Positions 11,009 through 23,634 of a DNA stretch of 64,000 bases are shown piece after piece. Position numbers and translations under genes: made by a program. Below the pieces are notes generated by a model. The model saw nothing but the letters and a program-made list of their open reading frames with translations. It made no database searches and was not told where the DNA came from. Position 1 is the stretch's first letter, and each line of letters starts with the position of its first letter. Where the stretch lies: the NCBI GenBank assembly GCA_965645245.1, contig OZ287071.1, positions 2,542,001-2,606,000 of the forward strand. Direction: 5' to 3'. This DNA is from Massalongia carnosa. Lineage: Eukaryota.

Positions 11009-13812
11009 ATTCAATAAACTGTTAGCCACAAGAACGGAAGATTTAACTGATCATGGAATGTGGATGATCATTGCAAAAGACAGATCTTGTCTTGCGGCTC
11101 AAAATTAAGCTTTCACTTACTAAAAGTAGTTACTCTATGGTAATTTACAAGCTCCCGAAGCATCACAACATCTAGGGCTATTTGCCAGTCTTCCTATCTC
11201 TAGTACTTCAGGTATGATATCTAACCCATGTAGATGAAATGAGTTAGTAACTAGCTTGGCATAAAGATCTCCAATTCACAAAAGGCCCTTTTCTCTCTCA
11301 AATTCGGGGCGAAGCCGAATACGGAGTACTCACGTTATCCTTTATATTACTGTGTAACTTTTTGCCCAGAAAAACTCAAGGAGTTTCCTTGTTTTTGTAT
11401 CATTCATAGTAGTTCAGGTTATGGCTATGGAATCATTACTTGAAGTTAAGCATTATGCTCTGCCCGGTTATAACTATCAAAAATACCTAGCTCACTATTG
11501 AAAATTAAATATTCCTTTAGTCCGTCTGACAAAGGCACCTGTGTATCCCTTTATTTTGTCCTGCTGACTTGTGAGCATGAGTATGTTTTCCTATCAAGGA
11601 GGTTGGATAGTTCTTACATCTGAAAGCTTTCGATACCAACAATAGCTATTTTTCTTTTGTAGTAGCAAGTCGCATTTACCGGTATGTCCCTACTTTCTCA
11701 GGCATATTCACGTACAAAACTTGGGATCTCTGCTAGCGGATAACTAGCTAGAAAGATGCAGGCAGCGATTAGCTAGTTTACTTATTTACGAGCGCTTTAC
11801 TCTCAGGCTGTCAATGTATCAAAGTGGGTATCTTTTCATAAACCATGTAAGGAAATACTGTATGATCTACCTCAAACTGACAATAAAAGTCTCTTCTGGG
11901 TGGTGAACATTAGTACCCGCTAGCAGTTCAAAAAAGACTTTTCCTAATCAGAGAGCACCAGGTTTCTATATTATCACAATCCGTATAAATCAAGGATCCT
12001 ACTATCGCTACATCTCATTGATATACTGCTACATGTTCTATTTGATTCTATTACACCTCTTTTTGACCTACTAGGAGGGTTAATCATCCAAAAGCAAGTA
12101 AGCGATTCAAGTTCACAGTACAAGAGCGAAGAATGTGGAAAAGGGGTATTGAACCTTTAATCCTTACGTCTAAACAATTGATCCTCGTTATAAAATACCA
12201 TTTGTGTTTACGTTTAGAAGTTGCAGTTTAATTCACCTGAAACGTTATTTTGAGGAATATTATTTGTTTCTATCAAGACCTTCATGACGAATCATTTCTT
12301 GACCTCTTCCCGTCAACGCGCTGGTTTTCGAGGGGGAACGACAAAGAGATGAAAGATTTTCGAGAAGTGACGAGGCCTGAAGTCTGAAAGTTTTGGAAAT
12401 TAGAGTTTCGGATTGTCTATTGGTGGATGTAGCAGCAAAACAGAGGGGTGTACTCCGTAGCGATAGCAGGATCCTAAACTAATGGACCATTTTTGGTAAG
12501 ACTGGCTAGCTACATATCAAGTATGGGCACTTAATCGTGTCAAGAAACTAGTAATCGAAGCGAGTCGCCTACGAGTCGCCTACTATGGGCTTAGAGCTCA
12601 ATGAAAAAAGGGACAAGTTGGTGACCGTTTGTTGGTCCAATCGTTCCATGGAAAACTACGGAGTACTTCGTACTGGTATCGAAAAGGCTATTATGGTAGA
12701 CGGACCACCGCCTATGGAGAAATTTGTCTGGACCCCTTACCCATTGGTTTGATTTGGTGACTGCGCCCGACGTCGCGTGGTCCTCTTCCCCATCGTATCC
12801 ACCCCAGACTCAAGGCGTATGCTGCAGCGAATCCCCGCATTGAGTGCTGATGATAAATGCCAGGAATGTCTCGTTTAGTAAGCATGAGCGACCAATGAAA
12901 GCAGAATGTCATCAGAATGCTCTGCAACGACTTGCTGCAGTCAGGATCTGCCACAATGCCAAGGCACCATGGCTCTTGTGACAGCAGGAAGCAACCACAT
13001 TCACTGTACCTAACCAATACTTGTGCTCCAGGCTCACCCGGTGTGTCTGTATGGATTCCCTTCTCGTATTTGTTGAAGGATTCCCCGCTAGCCTCTCCAG
13101 AACCTGGATTCGTGGCATAGAACAGGGGTAGATGGGCGTTGGAGTTGCTGATATGTCACATGACTTCATGACTATATCTTACCTAGGTATCGAAGAAGCT
13201 CTCCCTAAACCTCATATGTAATAGTCTGGACTTAACGACTTGCCCAGGACGCCGGGAAGCCAAAGCAACGCCCGGCCAGTGATCAGTCCATCGACAGTCT
13301 CACTGGTTGCCTCGCTTTTCGCATGTTCGCATTTTCGATTTTCGATTTTCCATCAATTCGCGCATATCATCATCCCTCGCCGTAAGGGGACTCGTACATC
13401 TTTACGAACCCATGGGATCCGAAGCCGGTAACCACCCTCTCGCGCCTGCTATGAGCACCTTTCACCGGGCAAGAAACACCTTTTGACCCAACCCACACCC
13501 TTCTGTCCTCCACCACTTACACATGCGCTAATGAGAGCCTCTTTTTGGAGCCTTCAAAATGCAAACCACCCCCCCACATGGAACTTCTTCCTTCATCCAC
13601 TCTCGCCTTGTCTATCAGTTGATCATCATTCTTCATTCAACGCCAGAATATTGTTAAACGCCACCAATTTTTATCTTATTCTGGCACTGATGTAACTTTT
13701 CTCATTGGAAATTACCGCAGTGTATCGCCAACCACTGTATAGTCAATTATACCTTACCAAAGACTATCAAAGAGCCTTGTTTAATCCAAGAGGAACTTGA
13801 CCGGAATACACG

Positions 13813-15917
13813 ATGGAGAGCTCATCTTACGCCTCTGTGGTACTGAATGTCCTTCGATATGAAAAAGAAGCCTTTTGGATGGAGAATCGCCATCTATCCC
13901 CAGACGATATTCAACGGTTGTGGACGGCCAAGAACGCGGATCTAACCACTGTCCTCGGACCTGCTGCACCCCTTGAGAGAGTCGACCTTGGTTTGGAATC
14001 TCATTGTGCACCCGCCCCATCGCGAATGTTACAGACCTTATCACAAACTCCATCTGTATGAGCTTGGACTTTCCTCAGTGGCCTCGCGGACTAACGTTGC
14101 CTTAGCACGACCTACCAGCCCATGATATGGACCGACTGAACTATCCTTCTCAAGGTTCGACACCGATGTCTAGAAAACGCTCCAGTAGCTCTCAGTACGG
14201 ACCTTCTCCATATACCAGCTCAGGCGGCATCAGTCTCCCTATAACTATCAACAACTACCAGGCCGATGCCGAGGAGCCTTTCAGCAGCTACAGTACCAGT
14301 ACCGATAGGCCTTCTAAGTACCACCGGACCGGGAATGGAAGGCACACTCTAATCCCGGTGGACGAGAACCTACAAGACTCATTACTGGAGCATGATCAGA
14401 CCTGCTTATCGCCCACCGCGTACGTACCCCGCTACCAACACCCACGTCCACAACCTCACCGCCTGTCATCATCGCCAAGGCAAGCACCAATGTTTAATTC
14501 TACCCTTTCTCAGTCTCCTACAACGCCTACGACGGGCGAACTAACCAATGCGACAACTCTCATGAGCGCTTCTATGAGTCGACAGAGTAGCGCTGCTGTC
14601 AGTTCGTTTTGTGGAGGGTTGAGCATGTTAAAGCTCAATTCTCAATCGTCCGATGTTATCTCCAATATAAGCATGAATGAAGGAGACTCTGTTCCTGCGA
14701 GCTCGATCAATGAGCCTAGCATTCAAATTTCTGATATTGATTCTTCCTATTTTGTTGATCATACAGGTGGCATGGTACACGATGCTTGTTCCCAGTCTTC
14801 TACTGTACCTCTTATTTTTCCAATTTTCCCATTTTCATCACAATCAGCGGAGGACACAAGCATGAAACGGTCAAGTTCGACTGAAACTAACGCCTCGGCT
14901 CAGTCTCGACTATCTCGTCGCAGCCAAGAACAAGGTATTCTTAGCTCTAGGCCTTTGGCGCCTAAGGTTCATGGAGGAGAATCATTGTCTATGGAGTCAT
15001 CGTTGCCCAAACATCCAATCGTTCGCATTCAAACCGAAGACGGCTCTTCGAAAAACGTAGTGTCAATAGCCAAGGCCCCCCATGCACGCACACCTCATGA
15101 GAAGGTTATGTGTACTATGTGTACCGAGCGACCGGAGGGGTTTCGAGGAGATCATGAGCTACGGCGACATACCGACCGTAAGCACAGCGCGAATCATAAG
15201 GTCTGGGTGTGTGTGGATATCTCGAAGCATCAGAAGTTTCTCTCTAGCTGCAAGAAATGCACTTCCGGCAAGACCTACAACGCTTATTACAACGCTGCGG
15301 CGCATCTTAGACGAACACATTTCAACCCCAAGAAACCGAAAACCATTAATGGGAAATCGGTACCCAAAGAGAAGAGAGGAGGCAAAGGAGGTGGCAACGA
15401 ACCTTCGATGGATACTCTGAAACTGTGGATGTGCGAAATTACCGTACGTAGACCGATAAAAAATCATTCGCATGCTACTGGTGATGAGGAGTTGGATGAT
15501 GAGGAGGAAGAGGAGGAAGAGGAGGAAGAGGAGGGATCACCCGGAATGGAGGATGTGAGCGACTTGTTGAACAAAACCACCGAGAAAGCGTCCCAGGGGC
15601 TATTTTCCATCGATCGCTCCCCTCACTCCAGTCTTGAGCCTCTCTTGATACCCACTACGCCTTTCGATAACTCGCACGCCACTTATCTCACCGATAACGA
15701 CCCTACGTCCCTGTTCCCACCAGCAATCACTCCTCCGACTCAACAAGATGACAGCAGTTCACTGCAGCTGACAACTTCTTCAGCCGACTCGACAGAACTG
15801 TTTGATCTGTCGCATGAAACTAGTATTCATGCTACCGAACTCATTTTCGGCATGTCTCCTTTTGACAATCTAGATTTTCCTTATGGATTAGATGACAAAT
15901 TCCCATCATCGTTTTGA
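13813..15917 (+). CDS. KLAP1-like / DUF7896-type Cys-His domain protein, putative transcription factor (exons 13813-14055, 14106-15917)
   Basis: In-frame 50-nt intron (GTATGA...CTAAC...TTAG). Domain CTMC..PEGFRGDHELRRH..KH..WVC..CKKC..KTYNAYYNAAAHLRRTHF..KRGGKGGG..LKLWM, followed by an acidic poly-Glu tract. Confidence 0.8.
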
Positions 15918-16744
15918 TCCATCTCTCTCTTCCTTTTTTTCTTTTGGTTTTTTTCGTCCCCATTCTTTCCATCCATTACGATTTTGTTATCGTAGCCTTG
16001 TTGTGTTATTACGATTGTATTATCGTGGCGGAGGAATGTTAACCGGCATATGAAAGTCAATGGCTTTGGTGGAGGGATGTTATTTTGGCTCGAATCGGCT
16101 GTCTGGTTGTAGTTTTGGTTACATCGGGGACCTATTCTGGGTCGATATGTCCTTATTTTCCATTCTTTCCGATTATGTTCTAATTGAGTCCGATCAGTTC
16201 CGTCGATCAGATATGATTTCTTTCATCCGCGAGTTTACATTGATATCAATGATATAAAGTCTAGTGCTTGTCTACGTGACACTGCAAGGAATTTCCCACT
16301 ATCGTTGAGGATGCAAATTGTCGAATGTACGCGTAGACTGTAGTGGGACGTCTTGGTATCACTCTGTGGGTGAGCATGTCCGTATAGGAAGTCGATGATA
16401 CTACGCTGCTCTACCCAACCTTTTGCACGCTGGTTCTACAAACACACATGGTGCTTGTTCATACGAGTCGCTGGGGAGTTGAAAACAAGCTTCCTGTTCC
16501 GCCGGATTGGACCCTGGTGTGGCTGCGCCATGGTCGTCATCCCCTCGCTCAGCTCCGTTGCATCACATCAGGGAGTGTGAGCGTCATGAACGAGTCGCAC
16601 CTTGGAATTTTTTTATCTACGTATTTCGAATTGTACAGGGTAGGTGAGTAGAAACAGCACAAATCGGACCAGGTTGAGAATGATTCGTAGAAAGTTATAG
16701 TAGGTTAGGCAAACTCTGTTTGCACAGAGTACTCTGTATGTAGG

Positions 16745-17018
16745 CACGCGCGTGACAAAAATGGCCGAACACCAAAACTCGCTTGACAGGCGATTTTTAC
16801 CAAAGATTTTTCCAATATCTTGCTTTGGAAATTTTTCTTAAATAACCACGCTTCAGTATAAATATCATAAGGTTAAAACCGAATGTCAAACAAGCTGCAG
16901 TTACAAAATTACAAGTTTGAAAAGCTTGTAAAATAATCTGATGTTTTTTATTAGACTGCAAACATAGTACGAAGTACTTCGTAAAGTTTGGTGTTCGGCC
17001 CATTTTGTCACGCGCGTG
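16745..17018. mobile_element. Non-autonomous TIR element (MITE), 274 bp, CACGCG termini, flanked by a GTAGG direct repeat
   Basis: About 33-bp TIRs: CACGCGCGTGACAAAAATGGCCGAACACCAAA and TTTGGTGTTCGGCCCATTTTGTCACGCGCGTG. GTAGG at 16740-16744 and 17019-17023. AT-rich interior. Confidence 0.9.
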
Positions 17019-17472
17019 GTAGGTATGAATACGGACCTTTTCGTTAGTGTTGCGCCACCATTCCTGATCAGTCGAATTAGTTCATCACTTCCGCCACTTT
17101 GCACCAACATCATCTTCTCTGCAACAGGATACGTTTCAACCAGCCTGGCTGCATCACCCCGTCCTCCTACAAAATAACCTTTCATCATCTCTCGCTCGTC
17201 GTCCACCTGAACGACTCCTTCTCGCGTGTCTGCCCAGCACCCTATATAGAATACACAGCACACTCTCAATTGCTAGTGCAAAAAGATCACTAGTGCTTGT
17301 AAGGGAAACCCGCCACCTCTCGGAAATGGCTTCTGCTAGTTTGCCCGATTCTCAGCTGACAAGATTGCGCCCCAGCGATCCCTCTGGATAACACCACAGA
17401 CCGACAAAGCTGTCCATTTCTACTCATTTCACATCTCTATCATCGCAAGAAAACACCTCACAGCAAGCCACG

Positions 17473-18213
17473 ATGTCGAACCAAGGTTACTATGCAAATC
17501 AAGGGCCTCAGTACCCACAGCAGAGGTTCGTACTTTGGACTGAGATCTTTAACATCTTCATGTTCGGTAGCCGGCTGCCAAGGGCTTGGCTTTCGTACTT
17601 TATACCGCATGAGCCTCACTGCTGCACTCTGAACTGACGTCGTTTGCTGTTGTCCTCTAGTTATGGTGGAGGCTATCCCCCTCAGCAGGGTTATGGAGGT
17701 CCACCCCAGCAAGGCTATAATCAGGGCCCTCCGGTACGTTAAACGCCCGCTGGTTCCTCTGCGCCTGTGTGAAATGTGGATTTATCGTGGCATTTGATGA
17801 GCAGTCCTCCGCATGGGAATGGAGGGGACCGCTGCATGATGTAGATGGAAGAAGTGATCGCTGAGGTGATGCGCAGATGCAATACCAGCAAGGTCCCCCT
17901 CAGCAAGTCGTCGTCAAGCAGAAGAAGGACCGTGGATGTTTGACTGCATGGTGAGCGCCCCATTCTCCCGCCTCGTCGTTGATCGCCCCGTCCGGAAATC
18001 AAGGGTTGCCTACAACTTGTCTACATGGTACTTTTCCGTGCGCTTATGTTTCTATCTTCACTATTCCCACATACCTGCATCTATCATGCAACTTTGGCTG
18101 ACCAATCTTCTTCCCCGCCCAACAGCCTCGCAGCCTTGTGCTGCTGCTTTGTTGCCGAAGAGGGATGTGAATGCTGCGCCGACTGCTGCGAATGCTGCGC
18201 CGATTGCTGCTAA
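17473..18213 (+). CDS. CYSTM (cysteine-rich transmembrane module) protein, about 95 aa, 4 exons (17473-17525, 17661-17733, 17877-17950, 18126-18213)
   Basis: Spliced product MSNQGYYANQGPQYPQQSYGGGYPPQQGYGGPPQQGYNQGPPMQYQQGPPQQVVVKQKKDRGCLTACLAALCCCFVAEEGCECCADCCECCADCC*. All three introns are GT-AG and phase-consistent. Confidence 0.92.
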
Positions 18214-19364
18214 GCGAGGCGCCTACCGTCCACATCGTTCCGTTACCTGCCGACTTGGACAATCAAACTGGCGTTGGAGCGAGATCACCCTAGCTAGCAA
18301 TAACACGGAGGGATACGTGGGTTGAAAGACATGCATGCACCTTCGAGAAACAGTACAGCATTCCTTCACATTCGAACGGGGAGAGTGTGGCTATGGAGAG
18401 GGACAGGAATCAAATGGCTAAAGCCTTCCATAGCCCATCCCTCCTCAACTGTATCACAGCGATTTCTCATTCAGTTTAATTTTCACCTCCCTCCCTGGCA
18501 AGCTACCTAAGTATCTAAGTTATCTAGTGTCGGCAAATTCGTGTTTCTAGCCTCCCTCCCAATTTCCCTTTTCCCTTGTTATTTCCATCCCCAATACGGC
18601 CGCTGCGAGGTGTTTTTCCTCTCTTTGTACCATTGTATGTACCCACCACACTACCTACCTGCATACTTAGTTTAATTAAATGTTTTTTTTCGTACGGGGT
18701 TCCGTACTTGAGCGCGCACATCCGAAGGCGGCGATTAGCTTAATTAACTAACTAACCGATCTACCGATCTACCTTTCTCTTTGGGGTTTTGTGAATGCGT
18801 TGATGGATGAATGAATGAAAGAATAGGACAAGGGGATGTGGTTTTTCGACTCGTTCGTTGTGATGATTTAATTTTTAATTTTTAATTCTTTTGGTTGTTC
18901 ATTCATGCAGAAGTTGAGAAGGGACAAGTGGATAAGCTATGTGGGCATACTGAAAACCTAATAATCTTACTTTTTCTTTTTTCTTCTGATTCTTATTCGT
19001 TCTCTTGATAGATATCAATTCCAATCTCAATACTTTTCTTTCTTTTCGTTCTTTCTTTCTTCATCTCCGTCTTTGTCTCCGCGACGATGATGACCATAAC
19101 CATGACGACAATAACCACGTTAAACACGACGTCTCGAAAAAAGCCGTTTATTCAAGCTATTGGTTTTTGGGCAGGGTTAAAAGACAGGTTTAGAGCTAAA
19201 GAATCTGGAGATTTGGAGATCTGGGTATTTGTCTGTCTGTCTGTTATTCTTCTCCTGCTGATTTTGCGTGTGGGATGGATAAAGAACGAGGAAGAGGAGG
19301 GAAAGGAGGAGAAGGGGGAGAAGGTAGATAGATGAATAGATGGGTAGGTAGGTAGTCAGGTAGG

Positions 19365-19794
19365 CACGCGCTTTCCAAAAAAACCGCGAGGTGCAAGCAA
19401 GAATGCTCCACCAAAATTGCCCCTGATTTTCAACTTTCTCATCGATTTTCGCTCATTCCATTTAGTTGTCTATCGAAAACCAATATATGAGTCTAATGAA
19501 TAATCAATCATGATTCTCATTGCATCTATCATCGCTTGCAGCCGTTCAGACATCCGATTGAATAATTGCATAATCTTGATGCTCTGAAACGTCGAATTCT
19601 TTGAAAATATCACGTGAATCGAACGGAATTGCTTTCGATTGATGAAACACCTTGAAGTTTGACTCAAATAAATGTATCGTAATGAGATGAGATAATTGAA
19701 TGTTGATTGAAAAGATGACAAAGTTGAAAGTCAGGGGCAATTTTGGAGGGGCATTCTCGCTTGCACCTCGCGGTTTTTTTTTGGAAAGCGCGTG
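19365..19794. mobile_element. Non-autonomous TIR element, 430 bp, CACGCG termini, flanked by a GTAGG direct repeat
   Basis: About 73-bp TIRs (CACGCGCTTTCCAAAAAAACCGCGAGGTGCAAGC..GAATGC..CCAAAATTGCCCCTGA.TTTCAACTTT). GTAGG at 19360-19364 and 19795-19799. Confidence 0.92.
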
Positions 19795-20500
19795 GTAGGT
19801 AAGTAGACGAAAAATTTATTTATCATCCAACTAATCAACTAATAACATAGGTAGATAAGTAGGTAGCTATACGAACAATTAATCAGTCTCTCAATCAATC
19901 AATCAAATCAAAGCAAAGCAAAGCAAATCAATAACTCAAAAACCCCTGTTTTCCCGTTCCGAAACCCCTGCTGTTTGTTTGTCCCTTTATCCACTTATTC
20001 ATTATCCAATACTCATCATCAATGCTCGTGTCGCATATATATGTTTATAGATTGATCATCATTCCGTTTTTTTCTCAGAAGTAGAAAAAGGGGAGGGAGG
20101 GGATGAAAGGAAAAAAGATAGGTTTGAGAGGAGGGAGGAGGGAGGAAGAGGAAGGGGAAGATAGGGGGAAATGAAATAAGAAGACGGGAGAAAAAGATGA
20201 GGAAAGAGAAGAAGGAAATATAAAATGCCGAGAAAAGAGTGTAGAGATGAAGATGAAGAAAGAAAAAAGAAAATTGGGAACAAAATGGAAAAACAAAATC
20301 GAATAAGCGGAGGAGGATTGAGATGAGATGATGTGAGCTTTGTGACTGCAAGTTTGAAAGAATAATCAGAAGAGTAACAAGTCATATATTAAATGTTATG
20401 TAATGAGTTGTTATCATTCCGTTATTCGAACAACGAGAAACCTCGACTAGCAAGGTTCAAACCCTTCCAAATAAAGTACAACTAAGTAACACCCCAAACC

Positions 20501-21934
20501 TTACTTAGGAACATCCCAACAACACCCCTCAAGGCAAGTCTTGGTGCCCCCGCAATCCGCCACCGTTGCACACGTCTGGCCGTCCTGGCCGTGAGCTTTG
20601 CACGTCGCGGACGACACGAGACAGCTCCCGCCCAGGCCGCACTTGCCCGGGCAGCACTTCCCGCCGCAGTTGGATTCGCCCAGGTTGCAGCAGATGCCGT
20701 CGGCGTCGACCTGGATGCCGAAGCAGCACAGGCTACGGGCGCTGTTGGCGCAATAGCCGGAGCCGAAGAGGCCGCCGTCGAGGGGGCAGCAGGAGGTGCC
20801 GCAGACCCGGGTCGGCGCGCAGCAGGTGGCGCCGCCGAGGCACACGTCGCTATCGCCATCGCAGCACGTGTTGTTGCAGAGCGTGGCCGTGTCCGGGCAG
20901 CACGTGCCCTTGTGCGGCCCCGTCGCGATGCACGACTGGTCGGCGTTACAGCAGGATTGGCCGGCGCAGGCTTGCTGGTCGCGCGCGCAACAGCGGCCGG
21001 CGTGGTCCAGGCAGGCCTCGTCGCCGAAGCAGCAGGTGCCGGGGGAGAGGAAGGGGGTGGGCCCTTGGCCGCAAGCCACGGGGCAGCAGAAGTTGGAGTG
21101 CTCGCAGTACTCGAGGGCGGAGACGAGCACAGTGGCGGCGCCGGCGTAGCAGGCTGGGCAGGCGGCGCCGAAGCTGAAGACGCAGGCGAAGGTGCAGCCG
21201 GCGAGGGTGAGGACCTCAGCGCCGTACGCGGCCACTTTGCAGCCTTTGCAGGACCCTGCCCCGTACGTGTCGGAGAAGTGGCCGGGGTCGTGGACGCGAT
21301 CGAGGCGCGGCGCGAGCGTCATGGAGGTGTTTTCCGACCGCCGCGCGGGCTGGAAGCAGGGCCGATGCACGGCTTTGACGTTGGACGTCAGCTGCTGGAA
21401 GTTTTCTTGGTTCAGCGTGCTGGGTGGTTGCAACTTGGGGGTGGGGGAGCCGTCGGCGAACACGATGGATTTGGGATCGGTGGCGGTGTCGAAGCTGCGC
21501 ACTGGACGGCCGTCGATGGACCCGGTGGTCACGTTGTTCTTGGTCCGGAACGTGGCGGACCGAGCCCCTTTGACGGCGGATCCCCAGGTGATGGTGGTGA
21601 CCAGCGTTCCGTCCGGATTCGTGATGAGATTATACGAATATAGCAGCTCATCGCCTAGATTGAGTTCCCCTGACCGGGCGTAGGCGTTGATGTCGGCTCG
21701 GGACTTTTCCGAGTCGCTGTCCGTCTGGACCATGTCCAGGGTCAGAATCGCGCCTGAGCCGAGCTTGGTGGCCACGTGGAACGTCTGCCCGAAGGTCTTG
21801 AGATGCGGGTCGAGGTTGCAATGCGCGACGTTCGGAGGGACAAGGATATTGAGGGCTTGGATGGGGACAAGGAGATGGGATGCGAGGAACAGAAGAGAAA
21901 GCATGCCGATGCTGGTGCGCAGGAGGTGGGCCAT
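20501..21934 (-). CDS. Secreted, very cysteine-rich protein with C-terminal CC-x-C repeats (STIG1-like repeat style); intronless and GC-rich
   Basis: Likely start MAHLLRTSIGMLSLLFLASHLLVPIQA (signal peptide). About 46 Cys in the last ~250 aa. Strong G/C bias at third codon positions. Confidence 0.85.
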   Translation of the reverse strand: MAHLLRTSIGMLSLLFLASHLLVPIQALNILVPPNVAHCNLDPHLKTFGQTFHVATKLGSGAILTLDMVQTDSDSEKSRADINAYARSGELNLGDELLYSYNLITNPDGTLVTTITWGSAVKGARSATFRTKNNVTTGSIDGRPVRSFDTATDPKSIVFADGSPTPKLQPPSTLNQENFQQLTSNVKAVHRPCFQPARRSENTSMTLAPRLDRVHDPGHFSDTYGAGSCKGCKVAAYGAEVLTLAGCTFACVFSFGAACPACYAGAATVLVSALEYCEHSNFCCPVACGQGPTPFLSPGTCCFGDEACLDHAGRCCARDQQACAGQSCCNADQSCIATGPHKGTCCPDTATLCNNTCCDGDSDVCLGGATCCAPTRVCGTSCCPLDGGLFGSGYCANSARSLCCFGIQVDADGICCNLGESNCGGKCCPGKCGLGGSCLVSSATCKAHGQDGQTCATVADCGGTKTCLEGCCWDVPK

Positions 21935-23634
21935 TGGAAACGGGTTGGGATGGAGCGGAAAGAACGAAGAGGACTCGAGCAAGCTGGAGATGAGAAGATA
22001 GAAGTTCAATATTGTGCGCAAGAAATTGTTTTATATCATCTCAGTTAAAGAGGAATAGCAGTAGCTTTCAAGCCATACCATCGGCGTCTCCTAACCCAGC
22101 GTTATCCATTTCCCCCTAATCCATAAAACCCGCCATTATCTCGGTTTGTCCGCCCTTCAATTTTGAAGCCATCACTGCACTAACAAGTCAGCAGTCGGTC
22201 AAAAAAGAGACGATTGGCTATCAAGGGTTCTTGATCAAATATAATATGCTTATGACCATGCTTCGCGGGGGATATGGAGTGATGTCTTTTGTGTGTCTGG
22301 GCTGTGGCTCCTTCGTTCATGGTAGGTTGATGAAATGGAGAAAGCCTGAAGCCAGCGCAGATGGGGAGATATCGTGAGATGTTCAGCGCTCTGATTGGTT
22401 GACAGTTGTCGACCATCACCCAAGCTGTCGCCCAAACCGATCAAGCTCTCTTCTGGCTTCGTTCGGTCACAACGCTTGCGCTCAGCCATGGAGTATGGAG
22501 TATTTACTGCGGCCGTTTGCAGGCAGGGTGAATGATGGTGGCGTTCAGGCTCTCATTTGAGTATGCTCTAGCTGGTTGTTAGACGGTAGGTTTATTATCT
22601 TGACTTGAAGCAACAAAATATCCATCAGCTTAGGTTCCGTCGACTCTCGAAGCAGTACCTTTTTGTCAAAGGTCTAATTCTTTCAACAAGTGGTAAAGGC
22701 CTCAATAGAGCTGTTGAGTTATAGCGTTAACATGTCCTACATAGTGTTTCTTGTGCCCGAACTACTTCTACACTTCGAATAGTCCTTGCGTATTCTTGAA
22801 CTCGGAGAAAGGCACCGCTTGATAAACATTCCTCTAGGATGGAACAACAATGTGAAAGGGGGAGGTTCACAAATGCTTTTAGGAGCATCTGTGTCTGCGT
22901 CTCGCCTCTGCCTCGCTCAGCCTGGCGATGCATCTCCGACGCCAAACCCCCAAGTTCCCGAGTTCGAAATACCGACACAACGCGCTCCCAACCGACTCCC
23001 TCGGGCCAACTACCTCTCCTCAGCCGGATGCAATAGCGGATATGTTTCAATATGCCGCTAAAGCTGTTTGGTTTTGGATAGAACCTTCGCAATACAGCAT
23101 CAGAACTATTTGCTTTCCGCTGAGCATGTCGAGTTTCTTGCTACTCAACGATTGGATTGATTTTCTTGATTGTAGTTTCCCATTATTCTAGCTCTTCTCC
23201 TTCTCCTTCTTCGTGGCTGTTGTTTTCCATTCTGCAGCATATACCTAGCTTGGGAGTTGTTTCACTAAACAATGCGTATCCCGTAGGTTTGATCGAAGAG
23301 TTTCCCATCCGTTGCATATGGTATTTTGCTACGTAATAATTATCCTTCTATATGTGATACTGTGATACGGCAACCCGTCCCATCTGCTTTTTTACAACTG
23401 TCTTACCGCGTTTTAACTGGACAGCTGGAACGAATTACGCACCAATTTATGTTCTTCTACATGTTCAGTTCAGATAGCTAAAGGTTAACAGCCGTCCTAC
23501 AGCGGGACGACTGTTCATATTTGAACTATCGTGATGCCCGGTTACGAACAGATTTCCTTGACCTGTCTATATGCTGAATTGACCTTCGCCCACGGCAATA
23601 TTTGTTAACACGTTTTGCCATCTCGATCCCGACA

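Noticed and set aside
11100..12300. AT-rich ORF-free stretch with a B-box-like GGTTCAATACC on the minus strand near 12140-12160
   Set aside because: No cloverleaf, TIR or TE protein remnant could be recognised; may be decayed repeat but is unsupported.
18700..20400. F/L/S-rich or K/E-rich ORFs in low-complexity DNA (also at 24600-25400 and 49200-50700)
   Set aside because: Translations of purine/pyrimidine tracts, not genes.
20566..21683. Long plus-strand ORFs (350, 203 and 163 aa) antisense to the Cys-rich gene
   Set aside because: Expected stop-codon scarcity opposite a very GC-rich CDS; Ala/Gly/Arg-biased translations.
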